A stretch of DNA of 64,000 nt. Source: Mobula hypostoma. Taxonomy: Eukaryota. The stretch covers positions 96,102,001 to 96,166,000 of the forward strand of contig NC_086107.1 in the NCBI RefSeq assembly GCF_963921235.1. Reading direction: 5' to 3'. The notes beneath the pieces are model-generated. The model was not told the DNA's origin. It made no database searches and saw nothing but the letters and a program-made list of their open reading frames with translations. The position numbers and the translations under genes were made by a program. Of this stretch, positions 24,612-39,367 are shown one piece after another (within the stretch, counting starts at the first letter, position 1; each line of letters starts with the position of its first letter).

Positions 24612-25510
24612 ACCCCCATCCACCCTGGTAAAAAAAAGGTGGTGGGGGAGCAGGGGAGAAGACACTGTGTCCAATCATAGCCTGTGCAGACGCAAAGTCT
24701 GCAGCTTCTGGAGATGAAACAAACTCAATCCACTCAACAATTGTAATTGCACACACGTCAAAATAAAGGCACAGAGGTGTGAATGGCTGCACTTCAGCCT
24801 TCGGCTTGGAGAGCACACCCATTGTTTCTCCTCAGGCACACCTGTAGCTGACATCCTCCTGTTCCCAAACTTGCCAGGAGGCTTTTCTGCCCGCGGACTT
24901 TGGCCACGTCCACAACCCTCGTACCGGTCTTGAGCGTTGCACGTGGCCTCTGCCTTTGTCGCCCGGCGCAGTCCCATCCGCTCGCTCCCTCCCGGAGAGG
25001 GCAGAGCCTCCGAAGGAGACCGTTCAGCTGGATGGATGCGCCGGCCAGCTAGGGCGCGCAAAGCCGAGAGGCGCGCTCTCTTTGCCGAGTGCAGGGACGC
25101 CCTTGAAGGGCCCAGCGGCCTGCTCCCACTCCCCCTGCAGACTCTTGTGCAGACAGGACAGCGTGACCAGCCTCCCATGACCAGGAGAGCAGTGCAAGTT
25201 GAGCCAGCCTCTGAGACCGACCTGGGAGCCGGCAGCCTTGACGTAGGCAGTGTGCCAGTGACGTAGGCGCCCATAAGTACGGCCCCACTCCCAGATGATT
25301 GGTGGATCACTAGCAGCTTTACATAGCCTCTGACAACTTGCACTCATGACGGACCAGGTAGGCAACAGCTGTCCAGCACACCCACCCATCCCAGACAACC
25401 TAGGGGAGAGCTGCCAGCGGGCCAGGGCAGCAAGGTCTTTGCCAGGCCTCCTGCTTCAATCTAAACACCAGAGGCTAGGCAGGATGTAGCCGACTCAAGC
25501 GTATGCCTGC

Positions 25511-25698
25511 ATCGCTTCTCGGCCTTTTGGCTAAGATCAAGTGTAGTATCTGTTCTTATCAGTTTAATATCTGATACGTCCCTTATCTGGGGACCATATA
25601 TTAAATTGATTTTTGGAACAGGGAGATGGAATAGGGGCTTGCTCCGTCCACTCCACGCATCGACCCGGTATTGCAGTGCCTCTGGGAACGGTGCACTC
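25511..25698 (+). ncRNA. RNU2: U2 snRNA, copy 4
   Basis: Same sequence as copy 1. Confidence 0.99.
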
Positions 25699-27299
25699 CC
25701 CTTCTGGGGAATTTCAAAGTAGCAAAGAAAAGGAAAACGACGAAAGCTCCATCAGGCACAGCAGCACAGACAAGCATGCACGCACATGGAGAGAGAGGAG
25801 AGAGCTAGCTGCTTGCTCTACACTTCTCCTGTGTCTGTGTCTGTCTGTCGATACAGCTCACTCACTCACTCACGCCATGGGCAGACAACTCAACAACAGC
25901 ACGAGCATCATATATCTGGGCCATTTGATCAAGCCATTTGATGGCTAAGATCAAGTGCACATCCAGGCTGCAACCAGATCAGGTGCTGCAGGCAAGGCAG
26001 CAACTTCATGAGAGATGCCCCTTGGCATTCATTCCTGAAGCAAACTGCTCAACCGGCACACTCATTCTGATGCCTGCTCACTCGGCAGCTGCCTGCACCA
26101 AGCACAGAAGCAGAGTGAAGCGGAGCGGGCCGAAAGGCCTTTTCTGTCCCGCCACGCTCGCTCCACTTCTCAGGCTCAGGCTTCTCAGCTGCTCCTTGAA
26201 GCCAACGGAGGACGGGACGGACGGACGGACGGGCGGGCGAACGAACGAACGAACGAACGAGGCGAATGAACGAATGATTTCACCAGCAGCCAGCCTGTCG
26301 GACAGGCAGGCTCGTTCAAGTGTGCCAGCAGCCAGGGCTCGTGGACGAGAGGAAGGAAGGGAGGCATCCGATGGAGCCCGGCCACAGAGCAACGGGGCCC
26401 GGTGCTGCATCCTCCCCGCCTGCACCAGACTGCCAAGACTGCTGCTCTCCTGCCCAGACAGACAGACAGACAGACAGACCAGCTACAAGCATCACCACCT
26501 AGCCATAGCACCAGCAAAACTCTGCCTACCTGCCCTGGCCTGGCCTGGCCTCCTCTGCTCTGCCCGACCCGACCCGACTCGACTCACAAATCTCCATTGT
26601 GATGCGTCTGCCTGCCCCTGCCCCAGCCCCAAAGCCCCGCCCACCGTTCGAGGCAAGGCAGAGGCACAACCCCCCACTCAGACCTCCCCAATATACATTG
26701 GCAGTGCAGTGCATCTCCAGCCTCGCTCAAAATCACGTCCCAAACCCCAAAATCACTCAAACCTCTCATGCTTACACGTACCTACTCGGCGTCCAGCTTT
26801 GGCGCACGTCTCCACAAGTGCCACATCCATCCACGTGCCCCTGCTTCACGCACAGCACAGCACTGTGCCTCCCTCCGGCAGGCATTTCGCCGATCCATTT
26901 CCTGTTTCACAACCAAGGCATAATCAGTACCCCTTTCCTTCCACAGCACAGCGCGCACACGCGCCCGCCCACTCCGCCACCGAGCCATGCCGGCCAAAAA
27001 CGCACCTGCACAGCAGTGGGGCACAGGGCCGCCGTCAGCCCGCCACACATTTCCCTCCTTCCCTCCTATTTCTACATCCGTGCACCCACCCCGCTGCAAA
27101 ACCAGTCAGTCTGCTCAGGCGTCAGCACAGAGGCATAGTGAAGGGCCTCGGCCCTTCTCCCTTTACTGCCCTCTGTACATGTGACCAGAGCTTGGCAGAT
27201 CCCTCAGCACTCCGTGTGCACGTGTGTCTGTGACTCTGTGTCTCTGTGAGATTGAGTGAGTGAGTGAGTGAGTCAGTGAGAGAGAGAGACAGACAGACA

Positions 27300-27342
<43 letters not shown>

Positions 27343-28241
27343 ACCCCCATCCACCCTGGTAAAAAAAAGGTGGTGGGGGAGCAGGGGAGAAGACACTGTG
27401 TCCAATCATAGCCTGTGCAGACGCAAAGTCTGCAGCTTCTGGAGATGAAACAAACTCAATCCACTCAACAATTGTAATTGCACACACGTCAAAATAAAGG
27501 CACAGAGGTGTGAATGGCTGCACTTCAGCCTTCGGCTTGGAGAGCACACCCATTGTTTCTCCTCAGGCACACCTGTAGCTGACATCCTCCTGTTCCCAAA
27601 CTTGCCAGGAGGCTTTTCTGCCCGCGGACTTTGGCCACGTCCACAACCCTCGTACCGGTCTTGAGCGTTGCACGTGGCCTCTGCCTTTGTCGCCCGGCGC
27701 AGTCCCATCCGCTCGCTCCCTCCCGGAGAGGGCAGAGCCTCCGAAGGAGACCGTTCAGCTGGATGGATGCGCCGGCCAGCTAGGGCGCGCAAAGCCGAGA
27801 GGCGCGCTCTCTTTGCCGAGTGCAGGGACGCCCTTGAAGGGCCCAGCGGCCTGCTCCCACTCCCCCTGCAGACTCTTGTGCAGACAGGACAGCGTGACCA
27901 GCCTCCCATGACCAGGAGAGCAGTGCAAGTTGAGCCAGCCTCTGAGACCGACCTGGGAGCCGGCAGCCTTGACGTAGGCAGTGTGCCAGTGACGTAGGCG
28001 CCCATAAGTACGGCCCCACTCCCAGATGATTGGTGGATCACTAGCAGCTTTACATAGCCTCTGACAACTTGCACTCATGACGGACCAGGTAGGCAACAGC
28101 TGTCCAGCACACCCACCCATCCCAGACAACCTAGGGGAGAGCTGCCAGCGGGCCAGGGCAGCAAGGTCTTTGCCAGGCCTCCTGCTTCAATCTAAACACC
28201 AGAGGCTAGGCAGGATGTAGCCGACTCAAGCGTATGCCTGC

Positions 28242-28429
28242 ATCGCTTCTCGGCCTTTTGGCTAAGATCAAGTGTAGTATCTGTTCTTATCAGTTTAATA
28301 TCTGATACGTCCCTTATCTGGGGACCATATATTAAATTGATTTTTGGAACAGGGAGATGGAATAGGGGCTTGCTCCGTCCACTCCACGCATCGACCCGGT
28401 ATTGCAGTGCCTCTGGGAACGGTGCACTC
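28242..28429 (+). ncRNA. RNU2: U2 snRNA, copy 5
   Basis: Same sequence as copy 1. Confidence 0.99.
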
Positions 28430-30030
28430 CCCTTCTGGGGAATTTCAAAGTAGCAAAGAAAAGGAAAACGACGAAAGCTCCATCAGGCACAGCAGCACAG
28501 ACAAGCATGCACGCACATGGAGAGAGAGGAGAGAGCTAGCTGCTTGCTCTACACTTCTCCTGTGTCTGTGTCTGTCTGTCGATACAGCTCACTCACTCAC
28601 TCACGCCATGGGCAGACAACTCAACAACAGCACGAGCATCATATATCTGGGCCATTTGATCAAGCCATTTGATGGCTAAGATCAAGTGCACATCCAGGCT
28701 GCAACCAGATCAGGTGCTGCAGGCAAGGCAGCAACTTCATGAGAGATGCCCCTTGGCATTCATTCCTGAAGCAAACTGCTCAACCGGCACACTCATTCTG
28801 ATGCCTGCTCACTCGGCAGCTGCCTGCACCAAGCACAGAAGCAGAGTGAAGCGGAGCGGGCCGAAAGGCCTTTTCTGTCCCGCCACGCTCGCTCCACTTC
28901 TCAGGCTCAGGCTTCTCAGCTGCTCCTTGAAGCCAACGGAGGACGGGACGGACGGACGGACGGGCGGGCGAACGAACGAACGAACGAACGAGGCGAATGA
29001 ACGAATGATTTCACCAGCAGCCAGCCTGTCGGACAGGCAGGCTCGTTCAAGTGTGCCAGCAGCCAGGGCTCGTGGACGAGAGGAAGGAAGGGAGGCATCC
29101 GATGGAGCCCGGCCACAGAGCAACGGGGCCCGGTGCTGCATCCTCCCCGCCTGCACCAGACTGCCAAGACTGCTGCTCTCCTGCCCAGACAGACAGACAG
29201 ACAGACAGACCAGCTACAAGCATCACCACCTAGCCATAGCACCAGCAAAACTCTGCCTACCTGCCCTGGCCTGGCCTGGCCTCCTCTGCTCTGCCCGACC
29301 CGACCCGACTCGACTCACAAATCTCCATTGTGATGCGTCTGCCTGCCCCTGCCCCAGCCCCAAAGCCCCGCCCACCGTTCGAGGCAAGGCAGAGGCACAA
29401 CCCCCCACTCAGACCTCCCCAATATACATTGGCAGTGCAGTGCATCTCCAGCCTCGCTCAAAATCACGTCCCAAACCCCAAAATCACTCAAACCTCTCAT
29501 GCTTACACGTACCTACTCGGCGTCCAGCTTTGGCGCACGTCTCCACAAGTGCCACATCCATCCACGTGCCCCTGCTTCACGCACAGCACAGCACTGTGCC
29601 TCCCTCCGGCAGGCATTTCGCCGATCCATTTCCTGTTTCACAACCAAGGCATAATCAGTACCCCTTTCCTTCCACAGCACAGCGCGCACACGCGCCCGCC
29701 CACTCCGCCACCGAGCCATGCCGGCCAAAAACGCACCTGCACAGCAGTGGGGCACAGGGCCGCCGTCAGCCCGCCACACATTTCCCTCCTTCCCTCCTAT
29801 TTCTACATCCGTGCACCCACCCCGCTGCAAAACCAGTCAGTCTGCTCAGGCGTCAGCACAGAGGCATAGTGAAGGGCCTCGGCCCTTCTCCCTTTACTGC
29901 CCTCTGTACATGTGACCAGAGCTTGGCAGATCCCTCAGCACTCCGTGTGCACGTGTGTCTGTGACTCTGTGTCTCTGTGAGATTGAGTGAGTGAGTGAGT
30001 GAGTCAGTGAGAGAGAGAGACAGACAGACA

Positions 30031-30077
<47 letters not shown>

Positions 30078-30976
30078 ACCCCCATCCACCCTGGTAAAAA
30101 AAAGGTGGTGGGGGAGCAGGGGAGAAGACACTGTGTCCAATCATAGCCTGTGCAGACGCAAAGTCTGCAGCTTCTGGAGATGAAACAAACTCAATCCACT
30201 CAACAATTGTAATTGCACACACGTCAAAATAAAGGCACAGAGGTGTGAATGGCTGCACTTCAGCCTTCGGCTTGGAGAGCACACCCATTGTTTCTCCTCA
30301 GGCACACCTGTAGCTGACATCCTCCTGTTCCCAAACTTGCCAGGAGGCTTTTCTGCCCGCGGACTTTGGCCACGTCCACAACCCTCGTACCGGTCTTGAG
30401 CGTTGCACGTGGCCTCTGCCTTTGTCGCCCGGCGCAGTCCCATCCGCTCGCTCCCTCCCGGAGAGGGCAGAGCCTCCGAAGGAGACCGTTCAGCTGGATG
30501 GATGCGCCGGCCAGCTAGGGCGCGCAAAGCCGAGAGGCGCGCTCTCTTTGCCGAGTGCAGGGACGCCCTTGAAGGGCCCAGCGGCCTGCTCCCACTCCCC
30601 CTGCAGACTCTTGTGCAGACAGGACAGCGTGACCAGCCTCCCATGACCAGGAGAGCAGTGCAAGTTGAGCCAGCCTCTGAGACCGACCTGGGAGCCGGCA
30701 GCCTTGACGTAGGCAGTGTGCCAGTGACGTAGGCGCCCATAAGTACGGCCCCACTCCCAGATGATTGGTGGATCACTAGCAGCTTTACATAGCCTCTGAC
30801 AACTTGCACTCATGACGGACCAGGTAGGCAACAGCTGTCCAGCACACCCACCCATCCCAGACAACCTAGGGGAGAGCTGCCAGCGGGCCAGGGCAGCAAG
30901 GTCTTTGCCAGGCCTCCTGCTTCAATCTAAACACCAGAGGCTAGGCAGGATGTAGCCGACTCAAGCGTATGCCTGC

Positions 30977-31164
30977 ATCGCTTCTCGGCCTTTTGGCTAA
31001 GATCAAGTGTAGTATCTGTTCTTATCAGTTTAATATCTGATACGTCCCTTATCTGGGGACCATATATTAAATTGATTTTTGGAACAGGGAGATGGAATAG
31101 GGGCTTGCTCCGTCCACTCCACGCATCGACCCGGTATTGCAGTGCCTCTGGGAACGGTGCACTC
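30977..31164 (+). ncRNA. RNU2: U2 snRNA, copy 6
   Basis: Same sequence as copy 1. Confidence 0.99.
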
Positions 31165-32763
31165 CCCTTCTGGGGAATTTCAAAGTAGCAAAGAAAAGGA
31201 AAACGACGAAAGCTCCATCAGGCACAGCAGCACAGACAAGCATGCACGCACATGGAGAGAGAGGAGAGAGCTAGCTGCTTGCTCTACACTTCTCCTGTGT
31301 CTGTGTCTGTCTGTCGATACAGCTCACTCACTCACTCACGCCATGGGCAGACAACTCAACAACAGCACGAGCATCATATATCTGGGCCATTTGATCAAGC
31401 CATTTGATGGCTAAGATCAAGTGCACATCCAGGCTGCAACCAGATCAGGTGCTGCAGGCAAGGCAGCAACTTCATGAGAGATGCCCCTTGGCATTCATTC
31501 CTGAAGCAAACTGCTCAACCGGCACACTCATTCTGATGCCTGCTCACTCGGCAGCTGCCTGCACCAAGCACAGAAGCAGAGTGAAGCGGAGCGGGCCGAA
31601 AGGCCTTTTCTGTCCCGCCACGCTCGCTCCACTTCTCAGGCTCAGGCTTCTCAGCTGCTCCTTGAAGCCAACGGAGGACGGGACGGACGGACGGACGGGC
31701 GGGCGAACGAACGAACGAACGAACGAGGCGAATGAACGAATGATTTCACCAGCAGCCAGCCTGTCGGACAGGCAGGCTCGTTCAAGTGTGCCAGCAGCCA
31801 GGGCTCGTGGACGAGAGGAAGGAAGGGAGGCATCCGATGGAGCCCGGCCACAGAGCAACGGGGCCCGGTGCTGCATCCTCCCCGCCTGCACCAGACTGCC
31901 AAGACTGCTGCTCTCCTGCCCAGACAGACAGACAGACAGACAGACCAGCTACAAGCATCACCACCTAGCCATAGCACCAGCAAAACTCTGCCTACCTGCC
32001 CTGGCCTGGCCTGGCCTCCTCTGCTCTGCCCGACCCGACCCGACTCGACTCACAAATCTCCATTGTGATGCGTCTGCCTGCCCCTGCCCCAGCCCCAAAG
32101 CCCCGCCCACCGTTCGAGGCAAGGCAGAGGCACAACCCCCCACTCAGACCTCCCCAATATACATTGGCAGTGCAGTGCATCTCCAGCCTCGCTCAAAATC
32201 ACGTCCCAAACCCCAAAATCACTCAAACCTCTCATGCTTACACGTACCTACTCGGCGTCCAGCTTTGGCGCACGTCTCCACAAGTGCCACATCCATCCAC
32301 GTGCCCCTGCTTCACGCACAGCACAGCACTGTGCCTCCCTCCGGCAGGCATTTCGCCGATCCATTTCCTGTTTCACAACCAAGGCATAATCAGTACCCCT
32401 TTCCTTCCACAGCACAGCGCGCACACGCGCCCGCCCACTCCGCCACCGAGCCATGCCGGCCAAAAACGCACCTGCACAGCAGTGGGGCACAGGGCCGCCG
32501 TCAGCCCGCCACACATTTCCCTCCTTCCCTCCTATTTCTACATCCGTGCACCCACCCCGCTGCAAAACCAGTCAGTCTGCTCAGGCGTCAGCACAGAGGC
32601 ATAGTGAAGGGCCTCGGCCCTTCTCCCTTTACTGCCCTCTGTACATGTGACCAGAGCTTGGCAGATCCCTCAGCACTCCGTGTGCACGTGTGTCTGTGAC
32701 TCTGTGTCTCTGTGAGATTGAGTGAGTGAGTGAGTGAGTCAGTGAGAGAGAGAGAGACAGACA

Positions 32764-32806
<43 letters not shown>

Positions 32807-33705
32807 ACCCCCATCCACCCTGGTAAAAAAAAGGTGGTGGGGGAGCAGGGGAGAAGACACTGTGTCCAATCATAGCCTGTGCAGACGCAAAGTCTGCAGC
32901 TTCTGGAGATGAAACAAACTCAATCCACTCAACAATTGTAATTGCACACACGTCAAAATAAAGGCACAGAGGTGTGAATGGCTGCACTTCAGCCTTCGGC
33001 TTGGAGAGCACACCCATTGTTTCTCCTCAGGCACACCTGTAGCTGACATCCTCCTGTTCCCAAACTTGCCAGGAGGCTTTTCTGCCCGCGGACTTTGGCC
33101 ACGTCCACAACCCTCGTACCGGTCTTGAGCGTTGCACGTGGCCTCTGCCTTTGTCGCCCGGCGCAGTCCCATCCGCTCGCTCCCTCCCGGAGAGGGCAGA
33201 GCCTCCGAAGGAGACCGTTCAGCTGGATGGATGCGCCGGCCAGCTAGGGCGCGCAAAGCCGAGAGGCGCGCTCTCTTTGCCGAGTGCAGGGACGCCCTTG
33301 AAGGGCCCAGCGGCCTGCTCCCACTCCCCCTGCAGACTCTTGTGCAGACAGGACAGCGTGACCAGCCTCCCATGACCAGGAGAGCAGTGCAAGTTGAGCC
33401 AGCCTCTGAGACCGACCTGGGAGCCGGCAGCCTTGACGTAGGCAGTGTGCCAGTGACGTAGGCGCCCATAAGTACGGCCCCACTCCCAGATGATTGGTGG
33501 ATCACTAGCAGCTTTACATAGCCTCTGACAACTTGCACTCATGACGGACCAGGTAGGCAACAGCTGTCCAGCACACCCACCCATCCCAGACAACCTAGGG
33601 GAGAGCTGCCAGCGGGCCAGGGCAGCAAGGTCTTTGCCAGGCCTCCTGCTTCAATCTAAACACCAGAGGCTAGGCAGGATGTAGCCGACTCAAGCGTATG
33701 CCTGC

Positions 33706-33893
33706 ATCGCTTCTCGGCCTTTTGGCTAAGATCAAGTGTAGTATCTGTTCTTATCAGTTTAATATCTGATACGTCCCTTATCTGGGGACCATATATTAAA
33801 TTGATTTTTGGAACAGGGAGATGGAATAGGGGCTTGCTCCGTCCACTCCACGCATCGACCCGGTATTGCAGTGCCTCTGGGAACGGTGCACTC
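33706..33893 (+). ncRNA. RNU2: U2 snRNA, copy 7
   Basis: Same sequence as copy 1. Confidence 0.99.
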
Positions 33894-35496
33894 CCCTTCT
33901 GGGGAATTTCAAAGTAGCAAAGAAAAGGAAAACGACGAAAGCTCCATCAGGCACAGCAGCACAGACAAGCATGCACGCACATGGAGAGAGAGGAGAGAGC
34001 TAGCTGCTTGCTCTACACTTCTCCTGTGTCTGTGTCTGTCTGTCGATACAGCTCACTCACTCACTCACGCCATGGGCAGACAACTCAACAACAGCACGAG
34101 CATCATATATCTGGGCCATTTGATCAAGCCATTTGATGGCTAAGATCAAGTGCACATCCAGGCTGCAACCAGATCAGGTGCTGCAGGCAAGGCAGCAACT
34201 TCATGAGAGATGCCCCTTGGCATTCATTCCTGAAGCAAACTGCTCAACCGGCACACTCATTCTGATGCCTGCTCACTCGGCAGCTGCCTGCACCAAGCAC
34301 AGAAGCAGAGTGAAGCGGAGCGGGCCGAAAGGCCTTTTCTGTCCCGCCACGCTCGCTCCACTTCTCAGGCTCAGGCTTCTCAGCTGCTCCTTGAAGCCAA
34401 CGGAGGACGGGACGGACGGACGGACGGGCGGGAACGAACGAACGAACGAACGAACGAGGCGAATGAACGAATGATTTCACCAGCAGCCAGCCTGTCGGAC
34501 AGGCAGGCTCGTTCAAGTGTGCCAGCAGCCAGGGCTCGTGGACGAGAGGAAGGAAGGGAGGCATCCGATGGAGCCCGGCCACAGAGCAACGGGGCCCGGT
34601 GCTGCATCCTCCCCGCCTGCACCAGACTGCCAAGACTGCTGCTCTCCTGCCCAGACAGACAGACAGACAGACAGACCAGCTACAAGCATCACCACCTAGC
34701 CATAGCACCAGCAAAACTCTGCCTACCTGCCCTGGCCTGGCCTGGCCTCCTCTGCTCTGCCCGACCCGACCCGACTCGACTCACAAATCTCCATTGTGAT
34801 GCGTCTGCCTGCCCCTGCCCCAGCCCCAAAGCCCCGCCCACCGTTCGAGGCAAGGCAGAGGCACAACCCCCCACTCAGACCTCCCCAATATACATTGGCA
34901 GTGCAGTGCATCTCCAGCCTCGCTCAAAATCACGTCCCAAACCCCAAAATCACTCAAACCTCTCATGCTTACACGTACCTACTCGGCGTCCAGCTTTGGC
35001 GCACGTCTCCACAAGTGCCACATCCATCCACGTGCCCCTGCTTCACGCACAGCACAGCACTGTGCCTCCCTCCGGCAGGCATTTCGCCGATCCATTTCCT
35101 GTTTCACAACCAAGGCATAATCAGTACCCCTTTCCTTCCACAGCACAGCGCGCACACGCGCCCGCCCACTCCGCCACCGAGCCATGCCGGCCAAAAACGC
35201 ACCTGCACAGCAGTGGGGCACAGGGCCGCCGTCAGCCCGCCACACATTTCCCTCCTTCCCTCCTATTTCTACATCCGTGCACCCACCCCGCTGCAAAACC
35301 AGTCAGTCTGCTCAGGCGTCAGCACAGAGGCATAGTGAAGGGCCTCGGCCCTTCTCCCTTTACTGCCCTCTGTACATGTGACCAGAGCTTGGCAGATCCC
35401 TCAGCACTCCGTGTGCACGTGTGTCTGTGACTCTGTGTCTCTGTGAGATTGAGTGAGTGAGTGAGTGAGTCAGTGAGAGAGAGAGACAGACAGACA

Positions 35497-35539
<43 letters not shown>

Positions 35540-36438
35540 ACCCCCATCCACCCTGGTAAAAAAAAGGTGGTGGGGGAGCAGGGGAGAAGACACTGTGTCC
35601 AATCATAGCCTGTGCAGACGCAAAGTCTGCAGCTTCTGGAGATGAAACAAACTCAATCCACTCAACAATTGTAATTGCACACACGTCAAAATAAAGGCAC
35701 AGAGGTGTGAATGGCTGCACTTCAGCCTTCGGCTTGGAGAGCACACCCATTGTTTCTCCTCAGGCACACCTGTAGCTGACATCCTCCTGTTCCCAAACTT
35801 GCCAGGAGGCTTTTCTGCCCGCGGACTTTGGCCACGTCCACAACCCTCGTACCGGTCTTGAGCGTTGCACGTGGCCTCTGCCTTTGTCGCCCGGCGCAGT
35901 CCCATCCGCTCGCTCCCTCCCGGAGAGGGCAGAGCCTCCGAAGGAGACCGTTCAGCTGGATGGATGCGCCGGCCAGCTAGGGCGCGCAAAGCCGAGAGGC
36001 GCGCTCTCTTTGCCGAGTGCAGGGACGCCCTTGAAGGGCCCAGCGGCCTGCTCCCACTCCCCCTGCAGACTCTTGTGCAGACAGGACAGCGTGACCAGCC
36101 TCCCATGACCAGGAGAGCAGTGCAAGTTGAGCCAGCCTCTGAGACCGACCTGGGAGCCGGCAGCCTTGACGTAGGCAGTGTGCCAGTGACGTAGGCGCCC
36201 ATAAGTACGGCCCCACTCCCAGATGATTGGTGGATCACTAGCAGCTTTACATAGCCTCTGACAACTTGCACTCATGACGGACCAGGTAGGCAACAGCTGT
36301 CCAGCACACCCACCCATCCCAGACAACCTAGGGGAGAGCTGCCAGCGGGCCAGGGCAGCAAGGTCTTTGCCAGGCCTCCTGCTTCAATCTAAACACCAGA
36401 GGCTAGGCAGGATGTAGCCGACTCAAGCGTATGCCTGC

Positions 36439-36626
36439 ATCGCTTCTCGGCCTTTTGGCTAAGATCAAGTGTAGTATCTGTTCTTATCAGTTTAATATCT
36501 GATACGTCCCTTATCTGGGGACCATATATTAAATTGATTTTTGGAACAGGGAGATGGAATAGGGGCTTGCTCCGTCCACTCCACGCATCGACCCGGTATT
36601 GCAGTGCCTCTGGGAACGGTGCACTC
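36439..36626 (+). ncRNA. RNU2: U2 snRNA, copy 8
   Basis: Same sequence as copy 1. Confidence 0.99.
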
Positions 36627-38231
36627 CCCTTCTGGGGAATTTCAAAGTAGCAAAGAAAAGGAAAACGACGAAAGCTCCATCAGGCACAGCAGCACAGACA
36701 AGCATGCACGCACATGGAGAGAGAGGAGAGAGCTAGCTGCTTGCTCTACACTTCTCCTGTGTCTGTGTCTGTCTGTCGATACAGCTCACTCACTCACTCA
36801 CGCCATGGGCAGACAACTCAACAACAGCACGAGCATCATATATCTGGGCCATTTGATCAAGCCATTTGATGGCTAAGATCAAGTGCACATCCAGGCTGCA
36901 ACCAGATCAGGTGCTGCAGGCAAGGCAGCAACTTCATGAGAGATGCCCCTTGGCATTCATTCCTGAAGCAAACTGCTCAACCGGCACACTCATTCTGATG
37001 CCTGCTCACTCGGCAGCTGCCTGCACCAAGCACAGAAGCAGAGTGAAGCGGAGCGGGCCGAAAGGCCTTTTCTGTCCCGCCACGCTCGCTCCACTTCTCA
37101 GGCTCAGGCTTCTCAGCTGCTCCTTGAAGCCAACGGAGGACGGGACGGACGGACGGACGGGCGGGCGAACGAACGAACGAACGAACGAACGAGGCGAATG
37201 AACGAATGATTTCACCAGCAGCCAGCCTGTCGGACAGGCAGGCTCGTTCAAGTGTGCCAGCAGCCAGGGCTCGTGGACGAGAGGAAGGAAGGGAGGCATC
37301 CGATGGAGCCCGGCCACAGAGCAACGGGGCCCGGTGCTGCATCCTCCCCGCCTGCACCAGACTGCCAAGACTGCTGCTCTCCTGCCCAGACAGACAGACA
37401 GACAGACAGACCAGCTACAAGCATCACCACCTAGCCATAGCACCAGCAAAACTCTGCCTACCTGCCCTGGCCTGGCCTGGCCTCCTCTGCTCTGCCCGAC
37501 CCGACCCGACTCGACTCACAAATCTCCATTGTGATGCGTCTGCCTGCCCCTGCCCCAGCCCCAAAGCCCCGCCCACCGTTCGAGGCAAGGCAGAGGCACA
37601 ACCCCCCACTCAGACCTCCCCAATATACATTGGCAGTGCAGTGCATCTCCAGCCTCGCTCAAAATCACGTCCCAAACCCCAAAATCACTCAAACCTCTCA
37701 TGCTTACACGTACCTACTCGGCGTCCAGCTTTGGCGCACGTCTCCACAAGTGCCACATCCATCCACGTGCCCCTGCTTCACGCACAGCACAGCACTGTGC
37801 CTCCCTCCGGCAGGCATTTCGCCGATCCATTTCCTGTTTCACAACCAAGGCATAATCAGTACCCCTTTCCTTCCACAGCACAGCGCGCACACGCGCCCGC
37901 CCACTCCGCCACCGAGCCATGCCGGCCAAAAACGCACCTGCACAGCAGTGGGGCACAGGGCCGCCGTCAGCCCGCCACACATTTCCCTCCTTCCCTCCTA
38001 TTTCTACATCCGTGCACCCACCCCGCTGCAAAACCAGTCAGTCTGCTCAGGCGTCAGCACAGAGGCATAGTGAAGGGCCTCGGCCCTTCTCCCTTTACTG
38101 CCCTCTGTACATGTGACCAGAGCTTGGCAGATCCCTCAGCACTCCGTGTGCACGTGTGTCTGTGACTCTGTGTCTCTGTGAGATTGAGTGAGTGAGTGAG
38201 TGAGTCAGTGAGAGAGAGAGACAGACAGACA

Positions 38232-38280
<49 letters not shown>

Positions 38281-39179
38281 ACCCCCATCCACCCTGGTAA
38301 AAAAAAGGTGGTGGGGGAGCAGGGGAGAAGACACTGTGTCCAATCATAGCCTGTGCAGACGCAAAGTCTGCAGCTTCTGGAGATGAAACAAACTCAATCC
38401 ACTCAACAATTGTAATTGCACACACGTCAAAATAAAGGCACAGAGGTGTGAATGGCTGCACTTCAGCCTTCGGCTTGGAGAGCACACCCATTGTTTCTCC
38501 TCAGGCACACCTGTAGCTGACATCCTCCTGTTCCCAAACTTGCCAGGAGGCTTTTCTGCCCGCGGACTTTGGCCACGTCCACAACCCTCGTACCGGTCTT
38601 GAGCGTTGCACGTGGCCTCTGCCTTTGTCGCCCGGCGCAGTCCCATCCGCTCGCTCCCTCCCGGAGAGGGCAGAGCCTCCGAAGGAGACCGTTCAGCTGG
38701 ATGGATGCGCCGGCCAGCTAGGGCGCGCAAAGCCGAGAGGCGCGCTCTCTTTGCCGAGTGCAGGGACGCCCTTGAAGGGCCCAGCGGCCTGCTCCCACTC
38801 CCCCTGCAGACTCTTGTGCAGACAGGACAGCGTGACCAGCCTCCCATGACCAGGAGAGCAGTGCAAGTTGAGCCAGCCTCTGAGACCGACCTGGGAGCCG
38901 GCAGCCTTGACGTAGGCAGTGTGCCAGTGACGTAGGCGCCCATAAGTACGGCCCCACTCCCAGATGATTGGTGGATCACTAGCAGCTTTACATAGCCTCT
39001 GACAACTTGCACTCATGACGGACCAGGTAGGCAACAGCTGTCCAGCACACCCACCCATCCCAGACAACCTAGGGGAGAGCTGCCAGCGGGCCAGGGCAGC
39101 AAGGTCTTTGCCAGGCCTCCTGCTTCAATCTAAACACCAGAGGCTAGGCAGGATGTAGCCGACTCAAGCGTATGCCTGC

Positions 39180-39367
39180 ATCGCTTCTCGGCCTTTTGGC
39201 TAAGATCAAGTGTAGTATCTGTTCTTATCAGTTTAATATCTGATACGTCCCTTATCTGGGGACCATATATTAAATTGATTTTTGGAACAGGGAGATGGAA
39301 TAGGGGCTTGCTCCGTCCACTCCACGCATCGACCCGGTATTGCAGTGCCTCTGGGAACGGTGCACTC
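39180..39367 (+). ncRNA. RNU2: U2 snRNA, copy 9
   Basis: Same sequence as copy 1. Confidence 0.99.
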